Assembly (NCBI GenBank): GCA_963663965.2
Contig: CAXXFK010000037.1
Coordinates: forward strand, 19,350 to 83,349
Length of the DNA: 64,000 nt
Source: Sedimentisphaerales bacterium
GTDB taxonomy: Bacteria > Planctomycetota > Phycisphaerae > Sedimentisphaerales > SM23-30
Direction of reading: 5' to 3'
Of the stretch, positions 61,188 through 64,000 are shown one piece after another (positions within the stretch are counted from its first letter, which is position 1; each line of letters opens with the position of its first letter). Below the pieces are notes generated by a model. It had not been told where the DNA came from and searched no databases. It saw only the letters and a program-made list of their open reading frames with translations. A program made the position numbers and the translations under genes.

Positions 61188-64000
61188 TCATTTTTCAATA
61201 ATTGAAAGCTCTGCTATCGAAGCAAATGGCTGATCCTGCATTTCTGAGAGAGCGACTAACCGTAAATATACGCATTTAACCGAAGCGGGAAACAGAATCG
61301 TCTGTAAGCCTTTGCCCCCCGTCAAGGTTCCCGAAGCCACCGGCCGCCATTGCTGACCGTCCATACTCACTTCCACACGATACTCCTTGATCCAGCCGTT
61401 AACACGGTCCTGACGCGGCAGATAGCGCAAGCCCGCCACCGAAACCGTCTGTTTGAATTCCATCATCAGCCAGTGCGGGTGTCCTGGTGACTGGTCACGC
61501 CATTGGGTATGCCAGATGGTGGCCGGATTGCCATCCAGCGCGTTGCTGGCCGGATCGGTCTGCGATTCGCTATCGGCGCTGACCCGCTGAACCAGGGCCG
61601 CAGTCGGATTGGAGGATGACTCCAAACCGGTAAGCCCTTCAAAAATTTCCTCAGTAGCGGTACGAACCGTTCCATAGGATCCGGAGCTATTGACGGTATC
61701 GGCCAGATCACCACCGGCATAGATCACCGCCAGTTCTGCCAGGGCCGCGGCAGTATCGCCGCCAAAACCGCTTAAAGCATCCAGTTTCAGATAACGCGCG
61801 GTGATGGTATTATCAAAATGGATGGTCTGCGGATCGAAGGTCGATTCCAGTTCACCGCGTCTGGCCTCACGCCACTCTTTTCCATCATCACTGACCGACA
61901 GAACATATTCACAAATATCACCCTCATGCTCCCGATTGTCCTGACGGTTCATCACCACCAGCCCATCCATCGCAACCGGAGCCGGGAACCCAACCTGGAT
62001 TTCATGAGGATAGGGCTTGCCCCGGCCGCGCCGGGCTGTCAGCCAGTATGAATTGGGATTGCCATCGATCAGGGCCTGGGCTGAGCGGCCGCCCTCGACC
62101 TCATCCACCTTGATTGCCGCGCCCAGTTTAGCCATGATCTGATTATCGAAACGCAACCGGTCGATCACATCAAAATCCACTTTAACCTCTGGATTGAACC
62201 GGTCAGAAGCCATGTAATTCAGCAGACTCTGACATAGCTGCCGCGCTACCGGCCGGTTCGATAAGTCGCTTTCCAGATCGGCCGCGCATACCAGCAGCCG
62301 GCCACGCCCCACCTGGCATTCAAAAACAATTCCCACTTTATAATTGCGGTTCCAGTCGTCGATCATCTGAACGATGGGGGTCAACTCCGCGGGCATATCC
62401 GCCAGATTGAGCGCCCGGCAATAGGGCCGGAACACATCGCCCCACTGCCAGTTATAATGAGATTCGGTCGGGAACGAAGCCAGCGCCGGGTGAGCCGGAT
62501 CGCAGACTATGCCCAGGAACCGCTCCCAACCCGGTCCCATCAACCGGTTCCAGAAGATGGGCCGCCGCCCCACCGGAGGGCAGTCCCAGCGCAGATCGCG
62601 ATACTGCGGGATAAACAGCACTTTACTACCCGCCTCTAATGCGTCGCGTGCTGACGGGAATGACCGGGCGATTACAATATCATCGGGCGCTTCGATGGGC
62701 CTGTCATCCGGATAAACCCAGAACAACCAGTCGTTTTCGACTGCCATCCCTTCCAGACCTACAACAATTTTATATTGACCCGGCGCGGTCAAGCCGGCCA
62801 GTTCAACACTAATCTGTCCCAGCGGGGTGCCGTTTTCCACCGGGATCGTCAGGGTATCGAACCGGCCTTCTCGAACCGTTCGGCCCCCATGATCGATAAT
62901 CTTCCACCAGGGTACCGCACCATCCAACGGTTTGCGGCCAAAATGTGCTATCTCCACCGGTACTTCCAGCCGTTCCGACTGGGTATAGACCTGGCGATAG
63001 AGCCGGGCCAGCGGTACAGTGACATTGCAGAACCGGGTAAACTCTTTGGGGGTAATATATCCCTTGGATTGCCAGAAGACATTCAAAACGCCCACCAGGG
63101 CCGTGCCCTGCCCCGGAAAATCATGCAGATCGAGTAATTGAAAACCACCCATCCCCGGCGTGCGCAACAGGGCTTCGATCTCTTCCTTATAACAGGCCAC
63201 CTGCCAGCGCCCGCTGGCCATCAGAAAATCCCTGGCCCGGTCGAGCAAGCCATGTTCCGCCAGCGAGTCCCGGAAGATTTCAAAATTTTTGGCTTTCAGC
63301 TTGCCGGTATATTTTACTATCTCAGAGAAATCCGGAAACGCGCACCACTGCCCGGTTTCATGCGAGATCACCGGGTAATTCACCCCGTCCAGCGACCGGC
63401 GGAAATCCCGGCCAAACCAACCGCTGTCGCCCCGGTACATATACGAACCAATCCGCATGGTATCGAGATAATCGATATCCGGCACCGGCCCGGGCCGCTC
63501 GCCAAAGAATCGGCCCGTCTGGCTGGCGTAGAGTCGGCGGTTGTCTTTCGCCTTCCACTCACGGCACCAGCGCAGCAAAGGCTCCTGCCAGGGACCGGCC
63601 GGCTCGTTGCCGGTCGAAAACAAGACAAATGAAGGGTGGTTACCGTAAGATTTGACTAACTGCTCGGTTTCACGCCCCAGCCATTCCACCAGATCGTTAT
63701 TACGCGAGGAATACTGCCCCCAGTTGGAACATTCCGGCTGCAGGTACATACCCATCTCATCAGCGGCGACAAAGGCTGCTTCCGGCGGACACCAGGAATG
63801 GAACCGCATGTGATTGATCCCGTAATCCTGGCAGACCTGAAACACCTTGCGCCAGGATTCGACATCCATCGGCGGATAACCGGTTAGCGGGAATTCGCAG
63901 CCTTCATGCGTTCCCCGGAAAAAAACGCGGTGGCCATTCAGATAAAACCGGGCATCCCGCGCCTCAATTTTTCGCAGGCCCACTGTTAATTGACTGGCAT
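61188..64000 (-). CDS. GH2 glycoside hydrolase with two C-terminal F5/8 type C domains (5' end outside the window)
   Basis: GLR...FYLNG...FFRG, NHMRFHSWCPP, NHPSFVLFSTGNE, ISHETGQW; two discoidin domains (IDGNPNSYW, LDGNPATIWH). The frame stays open to the window edge. Confidence 0.9.
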   Translation of the reverse strand, partial: ASQLTVGLRKIEARDARFYLNGHRVFFRGTHEGCEFPLTGYPPMDVESWRKVFQVCQDYGINHMRFHSWCPPEAAFVAADEMGMYLQPECSNWGQYSSRNNDLVEWLGRETEQLVKSYGNHPSFVLFSTGNEPAGPWQEPLLRWCREWKAKDNRRLYASQTGRFFGERPGPVPDIDYLDTMRIGSYMYRGDSGWFGRDFRRSLDGVNYPVISHETGQWCAFPDFSEIVKYTGKLKAKNFEIFRDSLAEHGLLDRARDFLMASGRWQVACYKEEIEALLRTPGMGGFQLLDLHDFPGQGTALVGVLNVFWQSKGYITPKEFTRFCNVTVPLARLYRQVYTQSERLEVPVEIAHFGRKPLDGAVPWWKIIDHGGRTVREGRFDTLTIPVENGTPLGQISVELAGLTAPGQYKIVVGLEGMAVENDWLFWVYPDDRPIEAPDDIVIARSFPSARDALEAGSKVLFIPQYRDLRWDCPPVGRRPIFWNRLMGPGWERFLGIVCDPAHPALASFPTESHYNWQWGDVFRPYCRALNLADMPAELTPIVQMIDDWNRNYKVGIVFECQVGRGRLLVCAADLESDLSNRPVARQLCQSLLNYMASDRFNPEVKVDFDVIDRLRFDNQIMAKLGAAIKVDEVEGGRSAQALIDGNPNSYWLTARRGRGKPYPHEIQVGFPAPVAMDGLVVMNRQDNREHEGDICEYVLSVSDDGKEWREARRGELESTFDPQTIHFDNTITARYLKLDALSGFGGDTAAALAELAVIYAGGDLADTVNSSGSYGTVRTATEEIFEGLTGLESSSNPTAALVQRVSADSESQTDPASNALDGNPATIWHTQWRDQSPGHPHWLMMEFKQTVSVAGLRYLPRQDRVNGWIKEYRVEVSMDGQQWRPVASGTLTGGKGLQTILFPASVKCVYLRLVALSEMQDQPFASIAELSIIEK

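Overview
Bacterial chromosomal segment, inferred to be Planctomycetota (Phycisphaerae/Sedimentisphaerales-like). The basis is LEPR-XLL-type N-terminal motifs, dockerin-like EF-hand modules on secreted enzymes, a prepilin-type H-X9-DG protein, a UroD-family protein and a XylR-type regulator. Contents from left to right: (1) a 2258-aa secreted mosaic protein with Calx-beta, transglutaminase-like, caspase-like and six CARDB domains; (2) an AT-rich three-gene islet with an HNH nuclease; (3) secreted CAZymes (GH20, double beta-helix, tandem GH43, GH51), a gingipain-like C25 peptidase and a Tat-exported TIM-barrel protein; (4) a ~20.8-kb RTX-repeat giant surface-protein gene broken by a single extra base at 29197-29199 (6928 aa if repaired); (5) a co-oriented pectin/rhamnogalacturonan-utilisation cluster (GH2, uronidase-like, DUF4450, XylR, UroD-like, pilin-like, lipoprotein RhaM, PL4, GH29) with no SusC/SusD in the window. 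The best candidate for an undescribed system is cluster (5), where a pilin-like protein and a UroD/MtaA-like putative methyltransferase sit behind a 21-bp-period AraC-type operator. No rRNA, tRNA, CRISPR array or transposase was recognised. All family assignments come from motif recognition by eye, not database searches.
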